Part shown: positions 1 to 10,542 of the stretch, piece by piece | Position numbering within the stretch: position 1 is the first letter of the stretch | How the letters are laid out: every line of letters begins with the position of its first letter | The notes under the pieces: model-generated | What the model was told of the DNA's origin: nothing | Database searches by the model: none | The model's input: the letters and a program-made list of their open reading frames with translations, nothing else | Source of the DNA: Dokdonella sp. | GTDB taxonomy: Bacteria > Pseudomonadota > Gammaproteobacteria > Xanthomonadales > Rhodanobacteraceae | NCBI GenBank assembly: GCA_024707225.1 | Contig: JANQAE010000001.1 | Location: 1,793,387 to 1,857,386, forward strand | Length of the DNA: 64,000 nt | Direction of reading: 5' to 3' | Made by a program: the position numbers and the translations under genes

Positions 1-749
1 CGCTCGCGCAGCTCGGCGGCGGCCGCCTCGACGCCGGCGAAACGCGCCGGCGCGGTGTCGGCGGCGTCGGGGAACGTCCAGTCCCAGTACTGCGTCAGCG
101 TCTGCCGGCCGTCGTCCTCGATCGCCAGCAGATGGCCGGGCGGCAGGCTCGCCACGCCGGCGTGCACGGTGTCCGGATCGAGCGGCGCCCAGAAGCTGAA
201 GGCCTGCACGAGGCCGGCCGGATCGAGCCGCGAGCGCTCCGGCAAGGCCGCGCGCAGCGCCTTGACCTCGGATGCGAACCAGAGCGCGCCACGCGCCTGC
301 GTGTAATACAGCGGGCGGATGCCGGCGCGGTCGCGCGCCAGCACCAGGCGGCGGCGCACCTGGTCCCACAGCGCGATCGCGAACTGGCCGTTCAGGTGAT
401 CGACGAAGGCGTCGCCGTAGCGGTCGTACAGATGCACGATCACTTCGGTGTCCGACTGCGTATAGAAGCGGTGGCCGCGCGCCTCCAGATCGGCGCGCAG
501 CTCGACGTAGTTGAAGATCTCGCCGTTGAACACGGTCCAGACCGTGCGCGCCGGATTGTGGATCGGCTGCCGGCCGCCGGCCAGGTCGATGATCGACAGC
601 CGCGCATGGGCCAGGCCGACGCCGTCGCCGACGTGGAAGCCGTAGCCGTCCGGACCGCGGTGATGCAGCGTATGGATCATCGCCTCCAGCGTCGCGCGCG
701 CCGGCTCGGCGCGTTGCGGGTTCCCCACGAATCCGGCGATTCCGCACAC
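1..749 (-). CDS. asnB: Asparagine synthase (glutamine-hydrolysing)-like amidotransferase, 3' end truncated by window edge
   Basis: Manual translation from GTG at 749 gives MCGIAGF...HRGPDG...LAHARLSIIDLAGGRQP...FNGEIFNY...ARDRAGIRPLYY...FASEVKAL. This is the N-terminal Cys nucleophile Ntn glutaminase domain. Not in the ORF track because the stop lies outside the window. Confidence 0.95.
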   Translation of the reverse strand, partial: MCGIAGFVGNPQRAEPARATLEAMIHTLHHRGPDGYGFHVGDGVGLAHARLSIIDLAGGRQPIHNPARTVWTVFNGEIFNYVELRADLEARGHRFYTQSDTEVIVHLYDRYGDAFVDHLNGQFAIALWDQVRRRLVLARDRAGIRPLYYTQARGALWFASEVKALRAALPERSRLDPAGLVQAFSFWAPLDPDTVHAGVASLPPGHLLAIEDDGRQTLTQYWDWTFPDAADTAPARFAGVEAAAAELRE

Positions 750-755
750 GGGCGC

Positions 756-1927
756 TTACTCCTTCGGTCGGGCGGCGGGGCCGCACGCGGCGAGCGCTTC
801 GCGGCAGACGGCAAACGTGTCGGCGGCGACCTCGTCCCAGCCGCGCGAAAACCGCTGCGACAAGGCGGCCTCGTCCCAGTCGCGGTCGAGCACGGCGGCG
901 AGCGCATCGGCCAGCGCCGCGCATCGCGCGGCGGCACCAGCACCGCGCAGCTCGCATCGACGACCTCGGGCACGCCGCCGACCGGTGTCGACACCACCGG
1001 GCGGCCGCAGGCCAGGGCCTCGACCAGCACGTTCGGATGGCCTTCCGAGTAGCTCGGCAGCGCGAGCAGGTCGCAGGCGGCCATCCATTCGGCGACCTGC
1101 GGCGCGGCCTGCACGCCGGCCAGGCGCAGGCCCGAGGACGGATCGGCCGCGAGCGCCGCGAACTCGGCCTGCAGCGGCCCGTCGCCGACCAGCACCCACT
1201 CGGCGCGCGGTCGCGTGCGACGCAGGCTGCGCATCGCCTCGGCCAGCTCGCGCAGGCCCTTCTCGGCGACCAGGCGGCCGACGTAGAGCACCAGCTCGGC
1301 ATCGGCGGCGACACCGAGCGCAGCGCGGGCCCGGGCGCGGTCGCGGCGGTGGAAGATCGCCGCGTCGCAGCCGTTGGCGATGACGCGGACACGGGCCGGG
1401 TCGGCGCCGTAGTCGGCGACCGCGAGGCGGCCCAGATCGGCGCTGACCACGAGCAGGCGGTCGGCGCCGCGCACGACCGGCACGGTCAGGCGGCGGCTGA
1501 TCGCGTCGCGCACGCGGATGTCCGAGCCGCGCGCGCCGGCGACGAACGGCACGCCGAGGCGGCGCGCGACGCGCTGCGCGCCGAACGCATCGGGATACAG
1601 CCAGTACGACAGGATCAGGTCCGGTGCGAACGCGCGCGCCTCGGCGGCGATCGCACGCGCACAGAGCCAGCCGTTGAACGGCCGCGTCAGCGCCGGCAGG
1701 GCCGGATAGGTCGGCCAGGCCGCGTCGAGCTCGGTGACCGGCTGGCGCGGATCCGGGGCGTGGTACAGATAGCTGGCCGGCTGCGCCCAGCGCGGATAGC
1801 GCGCGACCGGACTGAGCACGCGGACCGTCGCCAGCCGGGCCAGCTCGCGCAGGGTCTGGTGGATCGGCCGGCCGCGCGTGGGTTCGCCGGCCAGCGGAAA
1901 CTGCGAGGTCACGACGAGGAGGCGCAT
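756..1927 (-). CDS. GT4-family glycosyltransferase (apparent frameshift near 920)
   Basis: MRLLVVTSQFP...VGRLVAEKG...LPSYSEGHPNVLVEALACGRPVVSTPVGG is in ORF 677..2950. The C-terminus (ALADALAAVLDRDWD...) continues in ORF 756..2027. Confidence 0.9.
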
Positions 1928-2077
1928 GCGGTCGACGACGGCGGCAGGGGCACGGCCGGCGATTGTAGCGAGTGTGCCGCCCGGCCGGGCCGGCCGGCGC
2001 GCAGCGCCTCTGGCGCGGTACCGGCACGCGCGTATGATGCGCGCGAACCGCGCCCTCCGGGCGCCCGGAGTGGCACC

Positions 2078-3100
2078 GTGCCGACCGCTTCGCCGCCCGA
2101 ATCCCGCGTCGTCGAACTCGATGCGCTGCGCGGTCTGGCCGCGCTCGCGGTCGTCGCCTACCACTACACGACCCAGTACGGCGAGCTCTACGGCCATCTC
2201 GGCCCGCCGCCGCCGTCGTTCGCGTTCGGCAACTACGGCGTGCAGCTGTTCTTCCTGATCAGCGGCTTCGTGATCTTCATGACGCTGGAGCGCACGCGTT
2301 CGGCGATGGACTTCGTGGTCTCGCGCTTCTCGCGGCTGTTTCCGGCGTACTGGACCGCGATCGTGCTGAGTGCGATGGTCGTCTACACGATCGGCATGCC
2401 GTCGCAGCGGCTGCCGTGGCAGGACGTGGTGATCGACTTCACGATGATCCAGCAGGTGCTCGGCGCCGAGCATCTGGACGGCTCGTACTGGACGCTGGAA
2501 GTGGAGCTGTTCTTCTACGCGCAGATGCTCGGCTGGTTCATGCTCGGCCTGCTCGGGCGGATCCGCTGGATCATCGTCGGCTGGCTGATCCTGGCGGTCG
2601 CCTACGGGGTGGCCGAGCGGCGCGGCGTGCATCTGTCCTATACGCTGCGCGAACTGACGATCGCCCATCACATCCCGTTCTTCGCGATCGGCATCCTGTT
2701 CTACCGGCTGCGCACGCAGCCGGACCAGTGGCGCCTGGACGTCGCGCTGATCGCGCTGTGCCTGATCGCGATCGCGATCGCCTATCCGCCGGTGTTCGCG
2801 CTGACCGCCGTGGTCTGCACCGCGATCTTCACGCTGTTCGTGACCGGCCGCCTGCGCTGGCTGCGCGCGGCGCCGTTCGCGTTCTTCGGCACGATCTCCT
2901 ACTCGCTGTACCTGCTGCACCAGGCGATCGGCTTCAGCCTGATCTGGCATTTCGAACAGGCCGGCCTGCCGGCCGGCCGCGCCGCGCTGGTCGCTGCGGC
3001 CCTGGTCACGGTGCTGGCGACGGGTCTGACGTTCGCGGTCGAGCGGCCGGCGATGCGGCTGATCCGCCAGGCCTGGAAACGCCGCCGCGCGATCGCCTGA
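2078..3100 (+). CDS. Acyltransferase-3 (OafA-like) membrane O-acyltransferase
   Basis: LDALRGLAALAVVAYH, GVQLFFLISGFVI, SRFSRLFP, WTLEVELFFY and ISYSLYLLH motifs; many TM segments. The GTG start is approximate. Confidence 0.92.
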   Translation: MPTASPPESRVVELDALRGLAALAVVAYHYTTQYGELYGHLGPPPPSFAFGNYGVQLFFLISGFVIFMTLERTRSAMDFVVSRFSRLFPAYWTAIVLSAMVVYTIGMPSQRLPWQDVVIDFTMIQQVLGAEHLDGSYWTLEVELFFYAQMLGWFMLGLLGRIRWIIVGWLILAVAYGVAERRGVHLSYTLRELTIAHHIPFFAIGILFYRLRTQPDQWRLDVALIALCLIAIAIAYPPVFALTAVVCTAIFTLFVTGRLRWLRAAPFAFFGTISYSLYLLHQAIGFSLIWHFEQAGLPAGRAALVAAALVTVLATGLTFAVERPAMRLIRQAWKRRRAIA

Positions 3101-3213
3101 GGCGCACCGCGCGGACCGTGCCGCGGCGCCGGCCGCGACCGGGCCGCGGCCTCCTCGGCGCGTGCGCAGCCGATGCCGCGACGAGCGCGACCGGCGCGTA
3201 CCGATCGCGCTTT

Positions 3214-3240
3214 CGCCCGCAGCGCGGCCGGCTGCGGGCG
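3214..3240. terminator. GC-rich hairpin between convergent genes
   Basis: CGCCCGCAGC-N7-GCTGCGGGCG forms a 10-bp stem; no clear U-tract. Confidence 0.3.
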
Positions 3241-3295
3241 ATGCGGCCCGGATCGTGCGGCGCCGTGCCGGAACCGGCTCCGCCCTGCCCGTCCC

Positions 3296-5365
3296 TCAGC
3301 CCGCTCCGAACGTCTCGTCCAGGCGCGCGCGCACGCCCGTGCGCGGCGTCCAGCCGAGCCCGTCGCGCGCGGCGGCGGTGTCGAAGTTGGCCAGCGGCCG
3401 CAGCGAACGCACGCGATAGCGCGTCAGCGGCACGTCGCGGCGCAGCAGCTTGCCGAGCAGTTCCACGCCCCAGGCCAGGCCCATGAAGACCTTGACCGGC
3501 ACGCGCGTGACGCGCAGTCCGGTGCCGAGCTTGCGCTGCGCGCGCGCCAGATACGCCGCCTGCGTGACCGGCTCGGGATCGACGATGTTGAACGTGCGGC
3601 CGGCCGCCTCGGGCCGCTCGCCGGCCAGCAGCAGCGCGTCGACGACGTCGTCGACGTAGACCAGCGGAATCGTCTGCTCGCCCTCGCCGATCGCGAGCCA
3701 GCGGCCGGCCAGCGCGACGACCGCGTTCGGCGTGACGGTCTCGGCGCCGGGTCCGAAGATCTGGCCGGGCCGCACGATCACCGCCGGCAGGCCGCGGTGG
3801 TCGATCGCCTCGGCGACGTAGCGCTCGGCGTTGAGCTTGGTCTGCGTGTAGGCACCGCGCGCCTGCGGCGTCGGCTCCAGCGCGGAGGCCTCGGTCATCG
3901 GCATGGCCGGGTCGCGGCCGGCATGGTCGAACACGCTCATCGAACTGACGTAGACCAGCCGGCCGGTGCCGTGGCGCAGGCAGGCGTCGACGACGTTGCG
4001 CGTGCCCCAGACGGTGCCGGCCTCGAAGTCGCGCGCGCTGCCGCGCATCGCGGCGCCGACGTGATAGACCAGCGGCACGCCGCCGACCGCATGGTCGACG
4101 ATGCGCGGATCGCCGAGGTCGCCGACGATCTGCTCGATGCCGGCGTCGTCGCGGTAGGCGGCGACCGGACGGCGCACCAGCACGCGCACGCGCTGGCCGC
4201 GTGCGCGCAGCGCCTTGACCAGGGCGCGGCCGAGAAAGCCGGCGGCACCGGTCACCAGCGCGTCGGCCGGCGCCGGTGGCGTGTCCAGGCGCGCCTTGAG
4301 CTCGTCGCGGCGCAGGCGGTCGGGCTCGGCGCAGATCGGCTCGAGCAGGCGGATCACGCGCAGCGCGTCCTCGCCGGTGAACGGCGGCCGCGCGTTGTCG
4401 CGCGCGGCGTGCGCGAAATCGGCGGCGCCCTTCTGGATGCCCGGCGACGGCCGCAGCAGGCCGGTCGCGAAGCGGACCACGTTCCACGGCACGCGCACGA
4501 CGTCGGCGATCGCGCTGAGCCAGGTGTTGATGACGATGCCGATGAACTTGGGCCCCGGCAGCACGCGGTGGATGCGGCAGACCTGCAGGAAGCGGTCGGC
4601 CTCGATCGTGCCGCGCGTGCCGCGCACGACCAGACGGCTCTCCATCGGCCGCGCGTTCCACGACAGCAGCAGACGGCCAACCGCGCCGTCGCCGGCGGCG
4701 GCGAGCTGCCACTCGTCGAAGCGCAGGTTCGGATCGCGTCCGGAGGACTGGTAGCGCACGTCGATGTCGCGCAGCGGACCGAGGAACGCCTCGAGCGTGT
4801 ACAGCCCGTGCACGCCCAGATCGCGGAACGGATAGGAGCCCTGTGCGACCTGGCCCGGCAGCGGACCGCCGGCATAGGCCGGATATTCCGAACTGCGCAG
4901 CACGTCGACCGAGACGACCTCGCCGATCTTGCCGGCGCGCACGGCCTCCAGCGCCTTGACGACGACCGGATCGAGCAGGTCGGAATGGTTGACGCCGAGG
5001 ATCAGGCCCTTCTCCTCGGCCTTGGCGATCATCGCCTCGCATTCGGCGACGGTATCGGCCATCGGCTTCTCGACCAGCACGCCGCAGCCGAGCCGGTCCA
5101 TCGCGCGGATCGCCAGCGCCGCATGCGAGGCCGGCGGCGTCAGGATGTAGACGACCTGCGGCCGCGCCGGTGCGAGCTCGTCCAGATCGGCGACGACGCG
5201 CTCGATGCCGTAGCGCTGCGCCAGGGCATGCGCGGCTTCGAGGTTGGGATCGCACAGGCCGACGACGTCGACGAAGTCGAGCCGCTTGAGCGCGGCGAGA
5301 TGGTGGCTGGCGACGTAGCCGGCGCCGATCAGGGCGACGCGCAGCCGGGAGGCTTCCGCAGTCAT
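3296..5365 (-). CDS. Fusion of Gfo/Idh/MocA oxidoreductase and extended-SDR NAD-dependent epimerase/dehydratase
   Basis: N-half has VALIGAGYVA and VLVEKPMA. C-half has [20 protein letters not shown] (YxxxK) and VRPGQIFGPG. One continuous frame. Confidence 0.88.
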   Translation of the reverse strand: MTAEASRLRVALIGAGYVASHHLAALKRLDFVDVVGLCDPNLEAAHALAQRYGIERVVADLDELAPARPQVVYILTPPASHAALAIRAMDRLGCGVLVEKPMADTVAECEAMIAKAEEKGLILGVNHSDLLDPVVVKALEAVRAGKIGEVVSVDVLRSSEYPAYAGGPLPGQVAQGSYPFRDLGVHGLYTLEAFLGPLRDIDVRYQSSGRDPNLRFDEWQLAAAGDGAVGRLLLSWNARPMESRLVVRGTRGTIEADRFLQVCRIHRVLPGPKFIGIVINTWLSAIADVVRVPWNVVRFATGLLRPSPGIQKGAADFAHAARDNARPPFTGEDALRVIRLLEPICAEPDRLRRDELKARLDTPPAPADALVTGAAGFLGRALVKALRARGQRVRVLVRRPVAAYRDDAGIEQIVGDLGDPRIVDHAVGGVPLVYHVGAAMRGSARDFEAGTVWGTRNVVDACLRHGTGRLVYVSSMSVFDHAGRDPAMPMTEASALEPTPQARGAYTQTKLNAERYVAEAIDHRGLPAVIVRPGQIFGPGAETVTPNAVVALAGRWLAIGEGEQTIPLVYVDDVVDALLLAGERPEAAGRTFNIVDPEPVTQAAYLARAQRKLGTGLRVTRVPVKVFMGLAWGVELLGKLLRRDVPLTRYRVRSLRPLANFDTAAARDGLGWTPRTGVRARLDETFGAG

Positions 5366-5388
5366 CGGGCAAGTCCTTGGGTCATCGT

Positions 5389-6591
5389 CTAGGAACGGGG
5401 ATTGTCGGGCAGCGGCGAACGTGCCGCCAACGCGCCGGCGACCTCGGCCAGCACCGCCTCGACGCGGCGGTCCCAGGTCTGGTCGGCCACGGCCGCGCGG
5501 CGCTCGGCGGCGCCGGCCTCGGGGCCGTCGCGCACGACCGCATCGAGCGCGGCGAGGAAGCCGGCGCGATCGTCGGCCAGCCGCACGACGTCGGCGAACT
5601 TCTCGATCTCCGGATTGCGCACGCTGACGACCGGCTTGCCGGTGGCGAGGTACTCGCGCAGCTTGAGCGGATTGGCGTTGGCGACCTGGCGGTTCAGCCG
5701 GTACGGGATGATCGCCGCGTCGAAGGCCTTGGCCCACTGCGGCAGCGTCGCGTACGGCTGCGCGCCGGCCAGGCGCACGTTCGGCAGCGCGGCCAGCCGC
5801 GCGACGTCGACCGCGGTATGGCCGACCAGCAGGAACGTCCAGGCCGGCCGCTGCCGCGCCAGCCACTCGATCAGCTCCAGGTCGATCCACTCGTGGATCG
5901 AGCCGAAGTAGCCGATGACCGGATGGCTCAGGTCGCGCGCGCCCTCGGCCAGCGGCGTCGCCGGATCGGCGGCCTGGCCGAACAGGTCGACGTCGACGCC
6001 GTGCGGCGAGAACACCGTATGCGGGTTCTGCGCGGTCTTGATCGCGACCAGGGCCGGCGGCGCGACGAAGACGCGATCGGCCGCCCGCGTCAGCGCGAGG
6101 TCGCAGGCCGCGATGCGCTCGGCGTCGACGCCCGGATGCGCGGCGTAGTCGTCGATGCAGTAGTACACGCACAGGTCCTCGCCGAGCCGCCCGGCCAGGA
6201 AGCCCGGATGCGGCACGACGAACCAGGCGATGCGGCGGCCGATACCGGCCTTGGCCAGCGCGCGGCGCACGGCCCAGGCGCCGAATGCGCGATTGAACGC
6301 CTCCACGCCGGGGATGCGCCGGAACGGCAGCTGCGGGATCGTGCAATGCCAGAGCCGGTCGCCGATCCGCTCCGGCGGCCGCAGCGCGGCGGCGAGCTTG
6401 CGCAGCGCGCGGCGCAGGTCGCGGCCGCTGGCCTGCGGTGCGCGCATGCCCGGCGAGGACACGTACAGCACCGGCATCGTGCGCGCCAGGCGGCGCGCGA
6501 CGTGATGGCTGCTGGTGCGGTTCTCGGCGTGCCAGTCGTTGCCGAAATAGACCACGCCCAGGCCGGCCAGCGCGGCCGTGGGATCAGTCAT
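5389..6591 (-). CDS. Glycosyltransferase (GT-B, TuaH/GT4-like)
   Basis: VIGYFGSI...W.FLLVG...NPLKLREYLATGKPVVS. Confidence 0.88.
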   Translation of the reverse strand: MTDPTAALAGLGVVYFGNDWHAENRTSSHHVARRLARTMPVLYVSSPGMRAPQASGRDLRRALRKLAAALRPPERIGDRLWHCTIPQLPFRRIPGVEAFNRAFGAWAVRRALAKAGIGRRIAWFVVPHPGFLAGRLGEDLCVYYCIDDYAAHPGVDAERIAACDLALTRAADRVFVAPPALVAIKTAQNPHTVFSPHGVDVDLFGQAADPATPLAEGARDLSHPVIGYFGSIHEWIDLELIEWLARQRPAWTFLLVGHTAVDVARLAALPNVRLAGAQPYATLPQWAKAFDAAIIPYRLNRQVANANPLKLREYLATGKPVVSVRNPEIEKFADVVRLADDRAGFLAALDAVVRDGPEAGAAERRAAVADQTWDRRVEAVLAEVAGALAARSPLPDNPRS

Positions 6592-7194
6592 TGCGCCACC
6601 AGGCGACCAGCCAGACCGTCCCACCGTGCCAGATCCAGTCCTTGTGCAGGTTCGGCATGCGCGCCAGGTGCGGCCCGACGCGGCGCAGTGCCGGCGAGAA
6701 CACCGTGACCAGGCAGGCGCGGCCGAGGTGGCTCATGCGCTCGAGCGTGGCATCGATGTCGCGCACGTAGTAGAGCATCTCGCAGGCGGTGACGAGGTCG
6801 AAACGGCCTTGCCGTCGCCCCAGGGCTGGGTCGCGACATCGGCCACCGCGAACTGCGCCTGCGGCAGGCGCGATCGCGCGCGGGCGATCGCGTTGTCGCT
6901 GACGTCCAGGCCGTAGACCTGGTCGGCCAGCGCGGCGAAGTGCTCGGTCTGGTGCCCCTCGCCGCAGCCCAGCTCGAGAATCGAGCCGAGCCGGCCGAAC
7001 GCCGAGGCGACGATGCGGTCGGTCCCGTCGAAGCGCGCGCGCTCCATCGGCGAGTCGAGGTTCCACGGGTCGCTGACCGTGTAGGCGAGATCGAGCCGAT
7101 CGTAGTTGTCGGCGCCGCCGACGCCGCGCATCGCGTACTTCATCCACGAGCGCCGACTGATTTTCTGCAACAGCGCCTTGGCGCGGCCGATCAT
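6584..7194 (-). CDS. Class I SAM-dependent methyltransferase, NodS-like (apparent frameshift near 6810)
   Basis: YTVSDPWNL...ILELGCGEGH...GLDVSDNAIARAR in one frame; FDLVTACEMLYY continues in the next frame. Confidence 0.8.
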
Positions 7195-7274
7195 CGCTGG
7201 TGTCCTCCCGTTCTCGCCGCCGTCCGCACCGGCTCCGTGCCGCCGCGCGGCGCGGCCGGCGATCGACCGGTGGC

Positions 7275-7945
7275 TCAGCAGCGCGGAGGCGGCAGCGTGC
7301 TCTCCCCGGATGCGAACTGGACGTCCCCAGCGGCCGCAGGGGCGAACTGTACCAGCCATTGACGACTTCGCAGCGGAAGGTGATCCAGGACGGGCCGTAA
7401 TCCCAGCGGTTCTCGGTCTCGAGCAGCGGCGCACCCAGTACGGCGCGCACCACGGCCTTGGACGTGCCGAGCTCGATGCGGCGGTCCGCCGGCACCGGCG
7501 CGGCAGCCGCCCTGCGCGTCTGCGCCGGCGGCTGCGCGGCCGGCGCCGGCGTGTCGTCGAACGCGCCGAGCGCGATCGCCGCCAGCACGACGGCCAGGCC
7601 GATCGCGCCGAACAGCGCACCCGAGCGCGGCGCCACGGCGGGCGCAGGCGCGGCCGCGGCGGGCGGCGGCGCCGGCGTGGCGGTCTCGGTGGCAGCGTGC
7701 GTGCGTGCGAAGCCCGGCGTCGGCGCGCCCGGCAGGCGGCCGTGGCGGCGCTGGAAATCGAGCGCGCTGGCATAGGCTGCGTTGAGGCGCTGCAGACGCT
7801 CCAGATCGGATGCGCCGGCGTCGCTGCGGTCCGGATGCAGCTCGGCCACGCGCCGCCGGTAGGCCTGGCGAAACGCCTCGGGCGAGCAGTCCGGCGCCAC
7901 GCGCAGCGCCTCGTAGAGCTCGAGAAAGTCGGTGTCGCGCGCCAT
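7275..7945 (-). CDS. J-domain (DnaJ-like) membrane protein with small C-terminal extracytoplasmic domain (3' end uncertain)
   Basis: LYEALRV...FRQAYRRRVAELHPDR (HPD motif), Pro/Ala linker, TM (LFGAIGLAVVLAAIALG), then IELGTSKAVVRAVLGAP...WDYG. A one-base shift in the G run near 7305 gives a stop at 7275. Confidence 0.75.
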
Positions 7946-8180
7946 CGGCTGAGTATCCCCCTGCGCCGATTCTAGCGCGCCGCCGGCTGCTTCGCGGTGC
8001 GCGATGGACACGGCGGGCGGGCCGAGTGCATGCTTGCGCGCTCGTCCGCGCGGCACCGGGGGTGGATCGGCCAGCGGTCGTTCCAGCAGGCGGACGCGGC
8101 GATCGCGGCGCGGCGGAGTCGGCCGCCGCCGGACGCATTCCCGATCTCCCGGGCGACGGCCCACGCGCACGGAAACGGAC

Positions 8181-9254
8181 ATGGCAGCGACGGCGGCACT
8201 CGGCGACGGCGGCGGCAAGCGTCAGCGGCTCGCGCGCTGGTTTCACGCCGGCGGCGTCCTGCCGGGCCTGCAGCGCGTGCGCGGCCTGCTGCGCCGCGAC
8301 CTGCGCATCCTCGCCTACCACCGCGTGCTCGACCTGCCCGAGCCGGAGCGCTTCTCGTTCGACCTGGCCCTGGTCAGTGCCTCCTCGGCGCAGTTCCGCC
8401 GCCAGATGGAGCTGGTGCGCCGGCGTTTCAGCCCGGTGCGCCTGGAGGACGTCGCCGCCGCGCTCGACGGCGGTCCGCCGCTGCCGCGCGATCCGGTCGT
8501 CGTGACGTTCGACGACGGCTACGACGACAACTACCGCGTCGCGTTCCCGATCCTGCGCGAGCTCGGCGTGCCGGCGACGTTCTTCGTCTCGACCGGCCAC
8601 ATCGACGACGGCCGGCCGTACGCCTACGACTGGCTCGTCCACATGATCTGCAGCACGCCGGCGCAGCGGATCGCGCTGCCGGCGCTCGGCGTGGACCGGA
8701 CGCTGCCGCCCGGCCTGCCGCAGCGGCGTGAGCTCGCCGCCACCCTGCTCGACCGGATCAAGACGCTCGACGACGATGCGCAGGCCGCGCTGATCGCCGC
8801 ACTGGAGGCCGAGTGGGACCTGCCGCGCCGGCCGCATCCGGACTGCCGGCCGATGAGCTGGGACCAGCTGCGCCAGATGCAGGCCGAGGGCATGGAGATC
8901 GGCTCGCACGGCGTGCACCACCGGATGCTGGCCAAGCTGCCGCGGGCGGTGATGGAGCGCGAGGTCGCCGAGTCCAAGCAGGCGCTCGATCGCGAGCTGC
9001 CGCTGCCGGTCAGCGTGCTGTCCTACCCGGTCGGCGGCCCGGACGCCTACGACGCAGCCGTGATCGCCGCGGTCCGGCACAGCGGCTACCGCATCGCCTG
9101 CAGCTACGTCGCCGGCACCAATCCGCTGCCGGCGCCGCCGCGCCACGCGCTGCGCCGGCTGCCGGTCGAGCGCGAAATGGACGCGCCGTGGTTCTCGGCG
9201 ATGGTCACCTGGCCCGAGGTCTTCGGCTACCCTTCACGCCTACGCTCCGGCTGA
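8181..9254 (+). CDS. Polysaccharide deacetylase (CE4)
   Basis: ILAYHRV, VVVTFDDGYDD, ATFFVSTG, MEIGSHGVHH and SYPVG motifs. Confidence 0.92.
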   Translation: MAATAALGDGGGKRQRLARWFHAGGVLPGLQRVRGLLRRDLRILAYHRVLDLPEPERFSFDLALVSASSAQFRRQMELVRRRFSPVRLEDVAAALDGGPPLPRDPVVVTFDDGYDDNYRVAFPILRELGVPATFFVSTGHIDDGRPYAYDWLVHMICSTPAQRIALPALGVDRTLPPGLPQRRELAATLLDRIKTLDDDAQAALIAALEAEWDLPRRPHPDCRPMSWDQLRQMQAEGMEIGSHGVHHRMLAKLPRAVMEREVAESKQALDRELPLPVSVLSYPVGGPDAYDAAVIAAVRHSGYRIACSYVAGTNPLPAPPRHALRRLPVEREMDAPWFSAMVTWPEVFGYPSRLRSG

Positions 9255-9270
9255 CGCCCGCCCCGCCTTC

Positions 9271-10542
9271 ATGTTCTTCCTCATGATGCTGTACCTGGTG
9301 CTGGTGCTGATCCGGCCCCAGGACTATCCGGCGCTGGCCGATTCGCTCGGCGTGCCGATCCTGCAGCTCGTGCTGGGCCTGGCGCTGATCGGCTGGCTGG
9401 CCTCGCGCGCCAAGTCGTTCGCGGCGCCGCAGTACCTGCTGCTGGGCGTGTTCCTGCTGGTGCTGATGGTGTCCAAGGTCGTCAACGGCTGGCCCGGCGG
9501 CGCACTGGAGCAGTTGCTGAAGTTCGGTCCGATCGTCGCGGCGTTCACGATCCTCGCCAATGCGGCGACCACGCCGCGCCGCGTGCGCACGACGATGTGG
9601 GTGTTCGTGGTCTGCGCGAGCGTGCTGGCGATCCACGGCATCGAGCAGGCCCAGACCGGCATCGGCTGGACCGGCGAAGGCCTCTCGCAGGGTACGCGCA
9701 TCCAGTACGTGGGCATCTTCAACGATCCCAACGACCTCGGGCTGCTGTTCGTGATGTGCCTGCCGATGGCGCTGTACCTGTCCAGCCGCGGCGGCGCGCT
9801 CGGTCTGCGCCGGCTGTTCTGGTGGGCGGCGGCGGCGGTGCTGCTGTTCGGCATCTATCTGACCAATTCGCGCGGCGCGCTGCTCGCGCTGGTCGCGCTG
9901 GTCGGCATCCACGTCTGGCAGCGTCGCGGCCTGTTCAGCGCGCTGCTGTTCGGCGGCGCCGGCCTGGTCGGTCTGATGCTGATGCCCTCGCGCCTGTCCG
10001 AGCTCGACATCGACGAGTCCTCGGCGATGGGCCGCGTCGACTCCTGGTACGAAGGCATCCAGATGTTCCTGTCCAACCCGCTGTTCGGCATCGGCGCGGA
10101 CGGCTTCTCGGACCTGCACTATCTGACCGCGCACAACTCGTTCGTGCTGGTGCTGGCCGAGACCGGCATCATCGGCTTCACGATCTGGCTGGCCTTCGTC
10201 GGCTACTGCTTCCGGATGCCGCTGGCGGTGCTGAGGATGCGCCGCGCGCCGGTCGATCCGGCCGCCGACGCGGCCTGGGCCGCCGAGCGGCGCATGGCCT
10301 CGACGCTGTTCCTGAGCCTGTGCGGCTTCTTCGCGGCGGCGTTCTTCCTCAGTCGCAGCTACATCATCCTGCTCTACCTGCTGGCGGCCCTGGTCGTGGG
10401 CTACTACGCCGGCGCGCGGCAGCGCTATCCGGATCTGCCGGTGTTCGATCTGCGCAAGGACCTGATCCTGTGGCCCGTGCTGTCGGTGGCCTCGATCGTG
10501 TTCCTGTATGTGCTGGTCAAAGTGCTGCTGGCGACGGCATGA
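9271..10542 (+). CDS. wzy: Wzy polymerase / O-antigen ligase family membrane protein
   Basis: Multi-TM; GIFNDPNDLG, TNSRGALLA, PLFGIG...AHNSFVLVLAETGIIG. Confidence 0.8.
   Translation: MFFLMMLYLVLVLIRPQDYPALADSLGVPILQLVLGLALIGWLASRAKSFAAPQYLLLGVFLLVLMVSKVVNGWPGGALEQLLKFGPIVAAFTILANAATTPRRVRTTMWVFVVCASVLAIHGIEQAQTGIGWTGEGLSQGTRIQYVGIFNDPNDLGLLFVMCLPMALYLSSRGGALGLRRLFWWAAAAVLLFGIYLTNSRGALLALVALVGIHVWQRRGLFSALLFGGAGLVGLMLMPSRLSELDIDESSAMGRVDSWYEGIQMFLSNPLFGIGADGFSDLHYLTAHNSFVLVLAETGIIGFTIWLAFVGYCFRMPLAVLRMRRAPVDPAADAAWAAERRMASTLFLSLCGFFAAAFFLSRSYIILLYLLAALVVGYYAGARQRYPDLPVFDLRKDLILWPVLSVASIVFLYVLVKVLLATA

Noticed and set aside
677-6346. Very long ORFs (757 aa, 1016 aa, etc.) and many antisense or overlapping Arg/Ala/Pro-rich ORFs throughout the track
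   Set aside because: These are shadow ORFs and N-terminal extensions caused by stop-codon scarcity at ~70% GC; they contain no domain motifs.
6584-8218. 544-aa ORF apparently fusing the J-domain to a methyltransferase C-terminus
   Set aside because: The middle section is low-complexity off-frame sequence. Two compensating frameshifts in adjacent genes explain it better.
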